Of a stretch of 64,000 nt of DNA, positions 13,312-29,123 are shown piece after piece. Position numbers and translations under genes: made by a program. Each line of letters opens with the position of its first letter. The first letter of the stretch is position 1. The stretch covers positions 11,780,001-11,844,000 of the forward strand of contig NC_135264.1 in assembly GCF_964204865.1 (NCBI RefSeq), in the 5' to 3' direction. Source of the stretch: Styela clava (lineage: Eukaryota). The notes under the pieces were generated by a model, which ran no database searches, was not told the DNA's origin, and saw only the letters and a program-made list of their open reading frames with translations.

Positions 13312-14646
13312 TTGTTTCATGCTCCAATCTTCACTCAGTTATTGGCGCATGTTCAGACAGATTGCACCGTAATACTTCGTTTTGTCCGAAGTGTTTCTAT
13401 ATTTGAGCACCGCTCTCTTGTTTTATGATCGTAGTTGAGACTAAGACATATTTCTGGAAAGGGTTGGTCCCTTTATGACATTATGAATCTCAGAAATTAG
13501 TTCGGTCGGTCATCAGTTTAGGGCCCATTCACGCTATCCCTAAATTTGTACATTTCCCAGTAAATCACTGATGGCGTAGTGAAGACAAAAAGAATCCACT
13601 GCTACCGGTGCTTCAGCTAACCCCTGATCACCTATATTTAACTATTCATATATTTCACCCAACATGCTTGGTGTTAATACAACTCGTCCTGATATATTTG
13701 GGGTCATTTGACATTATAGATTGACAGCCTGGATCGGATGGATGATCATTTGTGAAATAAAAGAAGGGGGAACAATTTTTATCAGTGGCGCAGCAGGAGC
13801 AGTCGGAAATGTTGCAGCTCAGATTGAGAAAATTAAGGTAACTTAGAAGTATGACTTAGAAAAACTAATTTAGTTTTACAAGAACGCAAGTACGCCACTC
13901 AATCACATTTTATACAATTCAGGGATGCACAGTTGTTGGATCATGCGGAACAGACGAAAAAATAGAATTTTTTAAGAATATTGGATATGACGCAGACACG
14001 CAGTATTCAACTACAAAAAAGAATCGAGAAGTTCAGATGCAGCTGTCAAACGGATTGCCCCGAAAGAAATAGATTGCTACTTTAACAACGTAGGTTTTTA
14101 AGCAGACTGTTTTACAGTATTTTGACGTTCAATTGCTTGCCAAGAGAGATTTGTTTGGCAAAGCAGTATGCCATTTTGAGGAAACCTAATAAAATTTATT
14201 TTTACAACTTTCCCAAACAAACTCCATTCAAACAATAAATAGTTACCAACTGTCAAACAATTTTCAGGTTGGAGGTTCTTTTTCAAGCACAATTTTACGT
14301 AACATGAATGCTGGTGGACGAGTGGGGGTATGTGGATCTATATCCGCTTACAACGAAACTACTTCTGTACTAGGTAAGTAAACCGTTTTCTGCAAAAATA
14401 CATTATTCCCATAAGACTTTCTGGTTTATCCTTTACAAAATGTATTGTTCAGCTCCCATCGTTCAACCTTCCATTGTGTCAAGTGAACTGATGTTGAAAG
14501 GATTCCTTTTGAGATCTTATGTGAGTAACTATAAGGAAGCATATGAAGATCTGAAAAAATGGACGATTTAGGTAAGATAGACATCCTGTGTAATTATAGT
14601 TCATCAGTGCAAATATTTATTGACTATCTATTTTATTCATTTTTAG

Positions 14647-14754
<108 letters not shown>

Positions 14755-15330
14755 TAAATTTCAATCACCATACTATCATTATCATTAAGAAATATATTGT
14801 ATCAATTTAACAGTATTACAATTTGATTCGTACGCCCTCGTACTAACCTCATATTTTGATGATGTCATAATATCATGCCCGGTTAAACATATGCCCTATG
14901 TCAGACTAAAACAATCATGCAAGGCCTTCTAAGCTAATCAAACTGAATCATTGTTTGCAATTTATTATCGACTTTTGCTGCTTTTTATAATATTACTGAT
15001 TACAATTGATTTCAGTTTTATCAGCATATTTCTTGGTACAATATCGGCGATTAAAATAATTGCTCTGTGGATCAAAGAAAATATTTCTGTTCCCACCTTT
15101 TAACCTAGATTTTCTGTTAACCTCTATTGGTTACATGGTGAACCACATTGTTTCTTTTCATAATTCGGTTTTGCTGTCAGATTTATCTAAATTGAGTAAG
15201 GTCCAGCATCAATGTTCCCTCTAATTTTTTGTAGTATGTGTGCGCAGAAATTTTGGTGTGTGCGCACTTTTTTGGAAATGACTAATATTTGTGCGATTCA
15301 GTTTTAATAGGACATGTAAAGCCTGTAGAT

Positions 15331-17229
15331 CAGTGGTTCTTAAACTGGGGGGCGCGAGATGCTCACAGGGGGGGCGCGAGAAGTCACAAGATGGAATCGG
15401 AAATTTACGTGTAACGGCTCCCGAAACGGTCTTTGCATTCATTAAAAATACCGGCTTTTACGTGGTATAATAAATTTTTCTGTCTCGTAATAACTACAAG
15501 AATTCAAAATGTCTCTCTATTTTAATTCATTTGTGTTCAAGGTAACTCGCGGTTCAGGCGACTCATGTCAAAATAAACTCATTACCGATCTAAAATACCA
15601 CGCCAATCCGCGGACATATTAAAAAAAAGTGTGATCAACTGCCCGATTATATTTAGTTTTGATATATATTTCACTCATGCGAATTCGTTGTCGTCATTAG
15701 AAAGATCTGGTATGATATCCCAGAAAGTATATTTGATTTAGTACAATTAAAATACATATTCATCGACTCGAAATCCTCGCGGTACGGCCCCTGAGTCAGT
15801 ACAGGAGTCGTAAAAAGCGACGACTTTTTCAATGGATATGTAATGGTTTTTCTGTTGAATAAAAATAATCAATCCATGACGGATATACTTATTTAAAATG
15901 GTTGCTTTATTCATTTAATTGTGATAAATCAAATCTGCGATTGCGTCGATAAAATAAAAGCACCATTACTCCAAAATGCCACGGTAATTCGCAACAATAA
16001 AAATATGTGGCAAAGTGCCCGGTTACATTTTGTTTTGATTTGTATTTTTGCCACTTTTACCAATATGAGCTGTCCCTGCAACTCATACTCCGCTCTATCG
16101 CATTGCTGCCAGTCGATTAATTTTAAGATATCACCTTTACAGAGATTCCTAAGTCTGCGAGTAAATATCCCACGGAGTAAAATTTATTTCAAGTCGGTAG
16201 TTTTAGAACAGTACTGGTGTGCCGCAGGCACAAAGAATTTATGAGATTCGCAATGTCTAAAAAGTGTTCGCGGTCCACCCTAAAACAAAACTCATGGTGT
16301 TTTCCGTTTTATTTTTAGTATTTTATAATGCCGCTTTTACAATAAAGAAATTTTTGGTTGCGAATTCACTTTTTTATTCTATCTTTAGCATCTCGTCGCT
16401 GATAATTATGTAATAAAAACGAACTCGTTTTCCTCAGAGGTGTCATGGTTCCATTCGAGAACAAAAAAGTAATTATAATCGTCGCGGCACAAGAATATGT
16501 CACGGGAAATTTCTGATTTAGGAAGAATAAACACCGAAATCAAGATTTTTATGGCTTAATAACACGCCACGCTGACGAAAACAATCGAGATTTAAACAAA
16601 ATGCAATCGTAAACACCTTAGCGACTTTCTTTTTCAGCGGTCAAGAGCCGGGGAAACTTCCACATTCATAATAAATATTAAAAAATGAACTGCTTTTATG
16701 TTTTACATAAATTCATTTGCACTTCGCCATTTTGTTTGAGACGTTAGGCGCAAGCCAAGAAGTCTGTAATTGTTGCTTATTTTTAACACACAGTACCGGT
16801 AAATAATTTTTGCATTGCTCAGTAGTGATGAGGCAAATTTTTGATCGAAATTTTACGTGTCTTATGTAAACGTTTAGGCAGAAAATACATTAAAGCATAG
16901 GTTTATTGCGTGTTTAGTTTTACTTGAAAATTAGTTTGACCTCACCAGGTATTGCAAACTGAGCGGAAAAACGAGAATGTATGACCAACCAACCACTATT
17001 TGGCTTTATAAATACGACAGTGAATGGCGAAGTTGCGTTATCCCATGCATTTTATGCCTAAACAATCTGAGCAATGACGCTATGAGACCAACACTCTTCT
17101 AGCGCCATCTTAATATATAACAACATGTCCATCACAAAACCATTTTTTTAAAGCAAAAAGAGGGGGGGGGCGCGAAGTTTGTAAAATATTTCAAAGGGGG
17201 GCGCGGCTCAAAAAGTTTCAGAACCACTG
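15331..17229. mobile_element. hAT Charlie/Buster-type non-autonomous element
   Basis: TIRs CAGTGGTTCTTAAACT / AGTTTCAGAACCACTG; 8-bp TSD CTGTAGAT/GTGTAGAT with central TA; internal block near 16320-16630 shared with 52630-52950. Confidence 0.88.
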
Positions 17230-17519
17230 GTGTAGATGCTATTTTAATCCTATTCACTAGTCTTATGTTATTTTGTGTAAATTTCAGCAAAATAATAACA
17301 ACTATCAATATAGATAAAACTGTTGCTCAAGTTCAAAATTGCATTTAAAAATTCCAAGCTAGTTTGATGACTATAATATTGTTAGTGTACAACAGCCATC
17401 AAAATGCAAAACTGCAATTATTTGTCTTGGTATATAGATGAATAATACAGTAATGCCATCATAAGAAATTACAAATTCCATTCGAAGAAGGTATTGCCAT
17501 GATAAGGATCCCAAAACAC

Positions 17520-19879
17520 CTGAATTGATAATAGAAATACATAATTTGAAAGACAGGAAGGCAGTTGGTCCAGACAACATACCAGCACGTTTCCTTAAAT
17601 TAGTTGCTGATCTCATTGCACCATGTTTGGCTGAATTCTTCAATTGTTCACTTTTGTTTGGAATCTTCCCTGCATGTCTCAAAATTGCCCGAGTGATCCC
17701 TCTTTTCAAATCTGGCAATAAAAAATGTATGTCAAATTACAGAGCAATTTCAATTCTTTCATCAATAAGTAAAATATTTGAGCGTTTGATTCATAAGCGA
17801 CTCAATGCTTTTTTTACGAAACATGATGTAATAAATAAATCACAGTTTGGCTTCCAAAATAATCTATCTACATCACATGCTATCTTAGACACAATATCAT
17901 ATATCTACGATAAACTAGAGAGGAAGGAGTTTGTCAGTGCAACATTCCTAGATCTAAGGAAGGCCTTCGATACCGTAAATCATAACATCCTGATTTACAA
18001 GTTGAGACATTTCGGTATCAGGGGTACAGCAAACAAACTCATTTCTAGTTATTTAAGTAATAGATCACAATATGTTCAAGTTGGGTCGTGTCGTTCCTCT
18101 CCCTTACCAGTGACTCACGGAGTTCCTCAAGGTAGTTGCTTGGGTCCTCTTCTATTTCTAGTCTATGTAAATGACATAACTTGTTGTTCCTCCTTCTTTA
18201 CCAAATTGTTTGCTGATGATACCAATCTTCTCGACAGCGACAAATCTTGTGCAGTTCTTCAGTTGAGAGTAAATTCTGAAATTGCGAAAGTATCAAATTG
18301 GATGCGGTCTAATAAACTAACACTGAACATTGGCAAATCAAAAACTATGTTAATATCTCCACACCAGTGCAAATCTAAAAATGAAACAGTAATACAAATT
18401 GATGACAAAGAACTTGAAAATGTCCATTCTTATAAATATCTTGGCATATATTTAGATAGTAAAATGAATTGGGATGTTCACTTATCCAAATTATCCGTTA
18501 AATTATCTAAATCGGTTGGAATACTTTACAAGCTTAGACGATTTACATCACCAACAACACTAAGGATGGTGTACTACTCCTTATTCCAGAGCCATATCCA
18601 ATACGGCATAATTGCTTGGGGTTCAGCTGTTAAAACATTATTACATCGCATTGAAATTATGCAGAACCGAGCAATCCGTGCAATATCTGCCGCTAGTTAT
18701 TTTTCACGACTCAGTCCTATTTATTATAACCTTCAAATTATTAAATTGGCAGACATTTACAAAATAGAAGTTTTGAAATTGATGCACCAACACCACTGCA
18801 AAAAACTCCCTCCTGCGTTCACAAACTATTTTTCAAAACAAAGCAATGTTCACTCATATGGAACACGGTCCTCTATTAGCAGTTCTTATTATGTAAATCG
18901 TTTTAGCACCAAACTCACCCAAAACTCAATCAAGTTTGTTGGTGTTAAATTGTGGAATAATCTCCCCAATAGCATTAGGACCAGTACCTATAACTTGTAT
19001 AAACATGCACTGAAGAGCCTATACCTAGATGCTTATAAGCCCAGTTGCAATTAGTCTAGAAATATTATATTTGTATACCGGTATGTACCGTACCTATCCC
19101 TGTGGTGCTGCTTTTCCCATCCATGTTCGTCAAGTTGTGTGCTCGCTGTGTACTGTTCTTGTTTTAATATTTTCCGCCCAACCTATATGCCACGAATACT
19201 GCAGAACCCATAATTATTCTGCACTACTCTAATAGCCACTAACAATCGCTTTCAACATAAAAATCCGTTAAATACGGTATTGATTCTCGCAGCCAGAAGC
19301 CCGTTGCTGGGCACGCCATATTGGTTTACTGTGTATGCTTAGTCAGCATTATTCCGCAATTCTTTGTTGTCATTGAGGCATATACTTCTTACAGATGTCG
19401 CTGTTAAGTCATATAATACGATGTGATCATTGTAGTATCTCGGTGTTTATTTCGATTTTATTTTGTTCTTACTCTGTATGATCGAGTTTAATTAGGTAAA
19501 TATCTAATACTCCATAGTTATTATGACATCCTGTATTTTATTTTTCAAACTTTGTTGTTCCTTTTTGTGATTGAGGCTAATTAAGTGAATGTTTAGGTAA
19601 CTTTTCGTGGTCATTGTGGCATTCTTTTTGTTGTCCCTTTTATATATATGATTGTGTCGAATTTAGTGACTATTTAATATTGAGTTGTTCGGTTGCTATA
19701 TTTGCTGCTTCAATGCAGCTACAAGGTGTCGCTGACTGGATGACTCTTTGAGTCTTTCGCGATCCCTCGTCTATTGCAACAAGCCGATATCTGTCTTCGT
19801 AATTTGTTATATGTCTTTTTTTATTTTTTCATATCGTATATTGGTTTTGCATGACGAAAATAAAATCTGAATCTGAATT
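17520..19879 (+). mobile_element. 5'-truncated CR1/L2-group (Crack-like) LINE
   Basis: Uninterrupted RT ORF; long 3' UTR ending AATAAA plus (TCTGAA)2; CTGAATT at both junctions. Confidence 0.9.
17525..19054 (+). CDS. LINE ORF2 fragment: reverse transcriptase domain plus C-terminus, endonuclease missing
   Basis: KAVGPDNIP, NYRAISIL, QFGF, FLDLRKAFDTV, GVPQGSCLGPLLF, LFADD, YKYLGI motifs. Confidence 0.93.
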   Translation: MIIEIHNLKDRKAVGPDNIPARFLKLVADLIAPCLAEFFNCSLLFGIFPACLKIARVIPLFKSGNKKCMSNYRAISILSSISKIFERLIHKRLNAFFTKHDVINKSQFGFQNNLSTSHAILDTISYIYDKLERKEFVSATFLDLRKAFDTVNHNILIYKLRHFGIRGTANKLISSYLSNRSQYVQVGSCRSSPLPVTHGVPQGSCLGPLLFLVYVNDITCCSSFFTKLFADDTNLLDSDKSCAVLQLRVNSEIAKVSNWMRSNKLTLNIGKSKTMLISPHQCKSKNETVIQIDDKELENVHSYKYLGIYLDSKMNWDVHLSKLSVKLSKSVGILYKLRRFTSPTTLRMVYYSLFQSHIQYGIIAWGSAVKTLLHRIEIMQNRAIRAISAASYFSRLSPIYYNLQIIKLADIYKIEVLKLMHQHHCKKLPPAFTNYFSKQSNVHSYGTRSSISSSYYVNRFSTKLTQNSIKFVGVKLWNNLPNSIRTSTYNLYKHALKSLYLDAYKPSCN

Positions 19880-20224
19880 TCAGCTTTGAGTTGCCTGTAC
19901 CATGTTCCTATGATAACTAACTCAACAGCTTCAAATCGATTCTATTTATAGAACTATCGTTTTTTCAAATTGTCTCCTTTTTCTCCTTGTTCTCTTTCAA
20001 AAACGTCATGACGGATTATACCTTGTTATGATGACCATGCATGAAATGGCTAATCACGTGCCACCGGGCGGGCATTAGTAATGACATGTTTATCACAAAA
20101 TGAAGGCGAGAGAAATATCGGGAAACCAATTAGGCCGGGAGCGAGAGTGGTCTGAGCTCGGAGCGCCGTTGCTTGCCCAATGAAAAACATCCTGTAAAGG
20201 TGGTTTCCGCTTTATGTACCGGTA

Positions 20225-20318
20225 CCTAATTTTAGCGATTCGAAAATTAGCGAAAAACGATTCGAATAATTTGCGATTCGATTCGATTTCGAATATTTGG
20301 TTCGCTTGGACAGCCCTA
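20225..20318. mobile_element. Single end of an Ac-type hAT element with ATTCG subterminal repeats
   Basis: Repeated GATTCGA/ATTCG followed by TTGGACAGCCCTA (reverse complement TAGGGCTGTCCAA); partner end not found. Confidence 0.5.
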
Positions 20319-20453
20319 GTTACATTACATCGAAATAAATCCGTGCGCAGTAAATCTATGCGTGTGCACGTGCACACTTTAGAGGGAACACTGTCCAGCA
20401 TATAAACATACACAAATTATATAAATTGATTCTTTTCGTACATTGTCCTAGTT

Positions 20454-21120
20454 CAATGTTTCTTAATTTTATTTTTGGATTTTACCCCTTTACCAAATTA
20501 GATTACAAGAGTAATCCCCAATACAGCCATTGGTGATCATTTATTGAAAACTCGTAAAGCAAACTATAAAGAACTTTAGAAGTCTTTCTCTTTCTTCCTT
20601 CTACCCTCCTCTTTTTACCCCATCATATCACTGCATAGCCATCCATTCGGCGAGGAAATGGGAGAGTGAGGTTTGCTGGGAGAGTAGAGGGGGGAGAGCA
20701 TTTTTCTTTAAAATAAAATATTCACGACGGTGAGAAATACTTGGTGGAATCATTCAAGCATTGTGATTTTGTTGAGGTCATATTCCGGGGCTTTTGATCC
20801 ATAGGCACTGTATCAGAAAAATTTTGGAAGTTTCTGATACGAGCAACGCAGAATTCATAGAGATAAAAAATGAGATTTCTGAGACGAATGGATAAGAGAG
20901 GAGTCTATGCCATGGCAATTTTATACCCTTGTTTAGAAGACGTCGCTCTGCATATCAATGACGCTTCCAGCGTATAGGTTGCACCATCAGGTGTGCAGAT
21001 AAACAAACCTTTGCTGTGGATCTATTCGCCTACAATCCTCTATAAACTCCAGTTCAGAAAAATTTCTAAACTTGTTCACATTCTTATTTCACTTTTCAAC
21101 TTGCCTCATGACCATTCCAG
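20454..21120 (-). mobile_element. Eroded right end and C-terminal transposase remnant of a Buster-type hAT, part of the duplicated PTGR1 unit (paralogues at 25431-26116 and 35977-36350)
   Basis: Charlie-like terminus CAATGTTTCTTAA after TCCTAGTT; minus-strand peptides VIDMQSD and YLYE..SALLV resemble the hAT dimerisation region. Confidence 0.55.
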
Positions 21121-21220
21121 GTAGGCCCTACTTTTAAGTCGCATGCTTTTTTTAATGTGTATATATAATTTGTTAGTTTAGATTTAAAACATAAAATAAA
21201 CTATTCAAAACGCTGCCATC

Positions 21221-24688
<3,468 letters not shown>

Positions 24689-25014
24689 ATTTCAATCACC
24701 ATACTATCATTATCATTAATAATTATATTGTATCAATTTAACAGTATTACAATTTGATTTGTTCGCCCCCGTACTAAACTAATATTTTGATGATGTCATA
24801 ATATCATGCCCGGTTAAACATATGCCCTATGTCAGATTAAAACAATCATGCAAGGCCTTCTAAGCTAATCAAACTGAATCATTGTTTGCAATTTATTATC
24901 GACTTTTGCTGCTTTTTATAATATTACTGATAACAATTGATTCCAGTTTATCAGCATATTTCCTGATACAATATCGACGATTAAAATAATTGCTCTATGG
25001 AACAAAGAAAATAT

Positions 25015-25250
25015 GGGGCTCCCGAAGTATGCGAACCAAGATGGCGGACATCGGAATGTAATATGTGTACTAGGTTGGGGTTAGGCCATAATTTTAGCTA
25101 TGAATACTACGGGAGGCTCTTGGCTAGTCTTCGAACTGATAATAGGACTAAAATAAGGAAAATTGGAAAAAAATTATCGCCTAACCCTAACCTGTTGCCC
25201 ATGTTACGTTCCGATGTCCGCCATCTTGGTTCGCATACTTCGGGAGCACC
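25015..25250. mobile_element. Palindromic GG-terminal MITE (Merlin/Mutator-like ends)
   Basis: About 80-bp inverted arms GG(G/T)GCTCCCGAAGTATGCGAACCAAGATGGCGGACATCGGAA; TSD GAAAATAT; empty site in the paralogous 3' regions of copies 1 and 3. Confidence 0.92.
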
Positions 25251-26116
25251 GAAAATATTTCTGTTCCTACCTTTTTACCTAGATTTTCTGTTAACCTTTA
25301 ATGGCTACATTGAGAAAACCACATTATTTCTTTTCATAGTTCGGTTTTACTGTGAAATTGAGTAATGTCCAGCATATAAACATACACAAATTATATAAAT
25401 TAATTTTACTCTTAGTACATTGTCTTAGTTCAATGGTTCCTAATTTTTTTTTGTATTTTACCCCTTTACCAAATGAGATTACAAGAGTTCCCCCCAAGCC
25501 ATTGGTGATCATTTATTGAAAATTCGTAAAGCAAACTATAAAGAACTTTAGAAGTCTCTCTCTTTCTCCCTTCTACCCTCTTCTTTTTACATCATCTTTT
25601 CTCTGCATAGCCATCCATTAGACGTGGAAATGGGGGAGGGAAAGGTGTAGATGGTGGAGTTGGTGGGAGATTAGAGGGGGTAGAGCATTTTTCTTTCGAA
25701 TAAGTTAGAGCTATTCACGACGGTCAGAATCGTACTTGGTGGAATCATTCAAGCAGGGAGATTTTGTTGAGGTCATATTCCAGTGCTTTCGATTCCATAG
25801 GCACTGTATCTGAAAAATACTGGAAGTTTCTGGTACGAGCAACGCAGAAATCGTAGAGATAAAAACAAGATTTTTGAGAGGAATGGTTAAGAGAAGAGTC
25901 TATGCCACGGCAATTTTGTACCGGTGTTAGGAAGCCATCGCTTTGCGTATCAATGACGCTTCCTGCGCATAGGTGGCACTACCAGGTGTGCCGGTAAACA
26001 AACCTTTGCTGTGAATCTATTCGCATCTAATCCTCTGTAAACTCCCGTTTGGAAAAATATCTAAACTTGTTCACATTCTTATTTCACTTTTCAACTTGCC
26101 TCATGACTATTCCAGG

Positions 26117-27512
26117 CAGTGGCGTATCTACGTAGAATGGCTCCCATAGCAAAGTTTAAAAATGCGCCCCTTGATAGTTGTTTGGGTACTTATAATGACT
26201 CTTATTGAATTGAGGTACTTGTACGTTAATATTTGTCCAAAAATACGAGTTTCAATTATTCCCAATTTGAAATTATTTTATTGAAACTTTTTTATGATAA
26301 TTACTTTTTGCAGGCTTAGCGCCAGTGATTTCCCTACACCCCCCCTATAGGGGGTGAACACCCCCCCTAAAATTTCAAACACCCCCCCTAATTTTGAGGT
26401 GCGATTCCACACTGAGGGGTTCTAAACCGCAGTCTGCGGGCCAATTACGGCCCGCGTGACCATTTAAAATGGCCCGCCGAACTTGAGTGAAATAGTTTAA
26501 CCCTTCATGTGGTACCTTTTGAGTTTTAAATACCGTCTATTGTTACATCATTATCACAGTTTAAGCACGTTTATTTCGTAACAATTGAATTATTCCGGTA
26601 TCTTATGTATAGGTATGGGTATTATGATTACACATTGCAGTATTTTAGATATCAGCCGTATATTAAGAAAGCTTAAAGATGTCACAAAACGAAAACTAGG
26701 CACTGAAAACAGACGTTTTTTAGATGAATGACAGCGTTTTTATTTCTTTATTGAAAAGAATCAAACTTCAGCGATTTGTCTTCTTACCAACAAAATATTT
26801 CAGTTCTGAAGGAATGCGACATTATGATCAGTTGACGAGCGTATTTCAAAATTTAATTCATACAAAAGTCAAACAAACATGTTCAAAAAAATTAGAAATG
26901 TGTAACAAAACTAGCCATAAGTAGCCATTCATACAATGACAGATGAGCAAGTAACTTCATTAGTCACTATCATTTGCAAATTACTTGTTGAAACGTAGTA
27001 GTATATATTTACGGTTGAAAGCCGAGCGCTTGTTATCTATTCCCCGGGAATTCTATCAGCTAAATATTATAATTATTGATTTTATTACATAACAAACTGC
27101 GATGCTAGGTGTATCCAAAGTCAAGCTTAGAGCCTATTTTGGTGCCTATTTCTCAAATTTTTCTCAGGGCGCTTAAGCGCGCCCTGAACCCCAGCCGTGT
27201 CGTCCCGCACTTTTCTTCGCTCCCCTTTTCTGGCCCTACAATTTCATTCTGCTGTGGATTTTGGCTCGCCGTCAATCAGCTTGGGGGGGGGGGGGCTGCC
27301 ATGTACATCGTCTCTTAAATACATACCATTTTTTTTTAAGAATACAAATAGCCTAGTTTTATCTCTGATAGCAAATTATTTACCACCCCCTAAATTTTGA
27401 AACTCCCCCCCCCCCCCTAAAGAGAAAAGCTGGGGAACATACTGCTTAGCGCCCTTGTTCAAACGACGCCCATGGCACAAGCCATGGCTGCCACACCTTA
27501 GATAGGCCACTG
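26117..27512. mobile_element. hAT MITE carrying nested elements
   Basis: TIRs CAGTGGCGTATCTA / TAGATAGGCCACTG; perfect TSD ATTCCAGG; empty site at about 21114. Confidence 0.9.
26323..27444. mobile_element. Nested hAT element, itself holding a Charlie left end and a SPIN/GTF2IRD2-type transposase start remnant
   Basis: Ends CAGTGATTTCCC / GGGGAACATACTG; perfect TSD CTTAGCGC; remnant KRKLGTENRRF near 26680-26720. Confidence 0.8.
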
Positions 27513-27825
27513 ATTCCAGGCTACCCTACACTCGGGGAATATTGAAACGATTTACATGCGTCATTCTAGTTCCAACTTCTTGCAGGCGCATTGCGTTGTC
27601 ACGCATTTTATTGATTCTGGATTTATAGTGTATTTTGACAGCGAAATTTGTTATATTGTTTGACATGCTTTCTCTCCAAGCATCAACTTCACACTTTCTC
27701 AATACATGCAAGGTTTCAGTGGGGTTTCACTAACGTATGTGCTTTTGTCGGATGCCTGAAAAGTGTCGGATCCGTCTGGCTCCAAGTATCAACTTCATAC
27801 TTTTCAATATGCAAGGTTTCAGTAG

Positions 27826-29123
27826 TAGGCCGCGAGCCGAGGCCATTTATCTTTCAGTTTCGTAGCGCACATAAGGTAACTACCTGAAAATGATTTTAAA
27901 ATGTTCCTTGGAAATTTAGTAACAAATATTGCCTTGTTCCCACTTACAAAAGTTGCACGTTTTACGGAAAAGACGCTTTTACTACAAGAAATATGTGCTA
28001 CGATCTGTCCTATATTCTCTACATTTTCGGCAATGAACAATGACTTCTGCATGACGTAACAATTGAATCGAATCAGCTGTTAGCGAGCGGATGAATATTA
28101 GTTATTACTGCTCGACCTTGCGTTCAGTTGGGCAGCCTTTCCATGGCGAGTTAGCCCTCTCGAACTCGCGATGTCGATCGTCAATTATAGAGAAAATAGA
28201 CATGGCGAGTTAGCCCTCTCTCTCGAACTCGCGATGTCGATCGTCAATTATAAAGGAAATAGACATGGCAAGTTAGCCCTCTCTCTCGCGATGTCGATCG
28301 TCAAATATAGAGAAAATAGACATGGCGAGTTAGCCCTCTCTCTCGCGCGATGTCGATTATAAAGAAAATAGACATGGCGAGTTAGCCCTCCCTCTCTCTC
28401 GAACTCGCGATGTCGATCGTCAATTATAAAGAAAATAGACATGGCAAGTTAGCCCTCTCTCTCTCTCGAACTCGCGATGTCGATCGTCAATTATAGAGAA
28501 AATAGACATGGTGAGTTAGCCCTCTCTTTCTCTCGCGATGTCGATCGTCAATTATAAAGGAAATTGACATGGCGAGTTAGCCCTCTCTCTCTCTCTCGAA
28601 CTCGCGATGTCGATCGTCAATTATAGAGAAAATAGACATGGCGAGTTAGCTCTTTCTCTACCTCTCTGCTCGCAATCAACGTCTGTTTAGAATAAAATGA
28701 GACTGCCGGTAGCAAAATAGAACTTTTGATATATTTAGCATTGTTGTTGATTTAGTGCTCATACAATCAATTAATATGATGATATATTTAGCATGCTTAG
28801 ATGAAAATGATAAGTTTAGACTTCCTTTGCGCGTCGAGTACCGTACGGTACCGGTATGCCTTCCGACATATGACATATAAGCACGTTTTCTTGTCACTTT
28901 GTTACCATTTGCACAGTAGGTATTGTAACCAAACACATTTAATTTAATATATTTAATATCCTTACTATTGAAGTTGTTAGTATAAACAGCCACCTTTACA
29001 TCTCCCATTACAAAAAGAGCCTCCACACAGTTGCAGGCTAACCCGTTAACCGCCGTCGCATGGCAAGTGGTCCATGGCGAGTTAGCCCTCATGGCGAGTT
29101 AGCCTCCACCCGCTCGCGGCCTA
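27826..29123. mobile_element. TIR insertion carrying a minisatellite
   Basis: Inverted ends TAGGCCGCGAGC / GCTCGCGGCCTA interrupt one unit of the host repeat between CAGT and GGGTTTCAC. Confidence 0.65.
28142..28660. repeat. Minisatellite, 9 units of about 52-69 bp
   Basis: Unit CATGGCGAGTTAGCC(CT)nCGAACTCGCGATGTCGATCGTCAATTATAGAGAAAATAGA; two more partial heads at 29073-29105. Confidence 0.95.

Larger units (their letters stand above)
15210..20393. mobile_element. Non-autonomous hAT element swollen to 5.2 kb by nested insertions
   Basis: TIRs CAATGTTCCCTCT / AGAGGGAACACTG; perfect 8-bp TSD TCCAGCAT (15202, 20394); empty site present downstream of copies 2, 3 and 4. Confidence 0.9.

Noticed and set aside
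12608-13372. Several 80-160 aa ORFs
   Set aside because: All lie within MITE repeats; no coding signature
14857-14950. C/D snoRNA or SECIS in the PTGR1 3' region (TGATGA...CTGA)
   Set aside because: No terminal stem, wrong SECIS spacing, interrupted by a MITE in copy 4; intact copies have no in-frame TGA
28142-28660. CRISPR-like array
   Set aside because: No unique spacers; whole units repeat with only (CT)n length change; eukaryotic context and no cas genes
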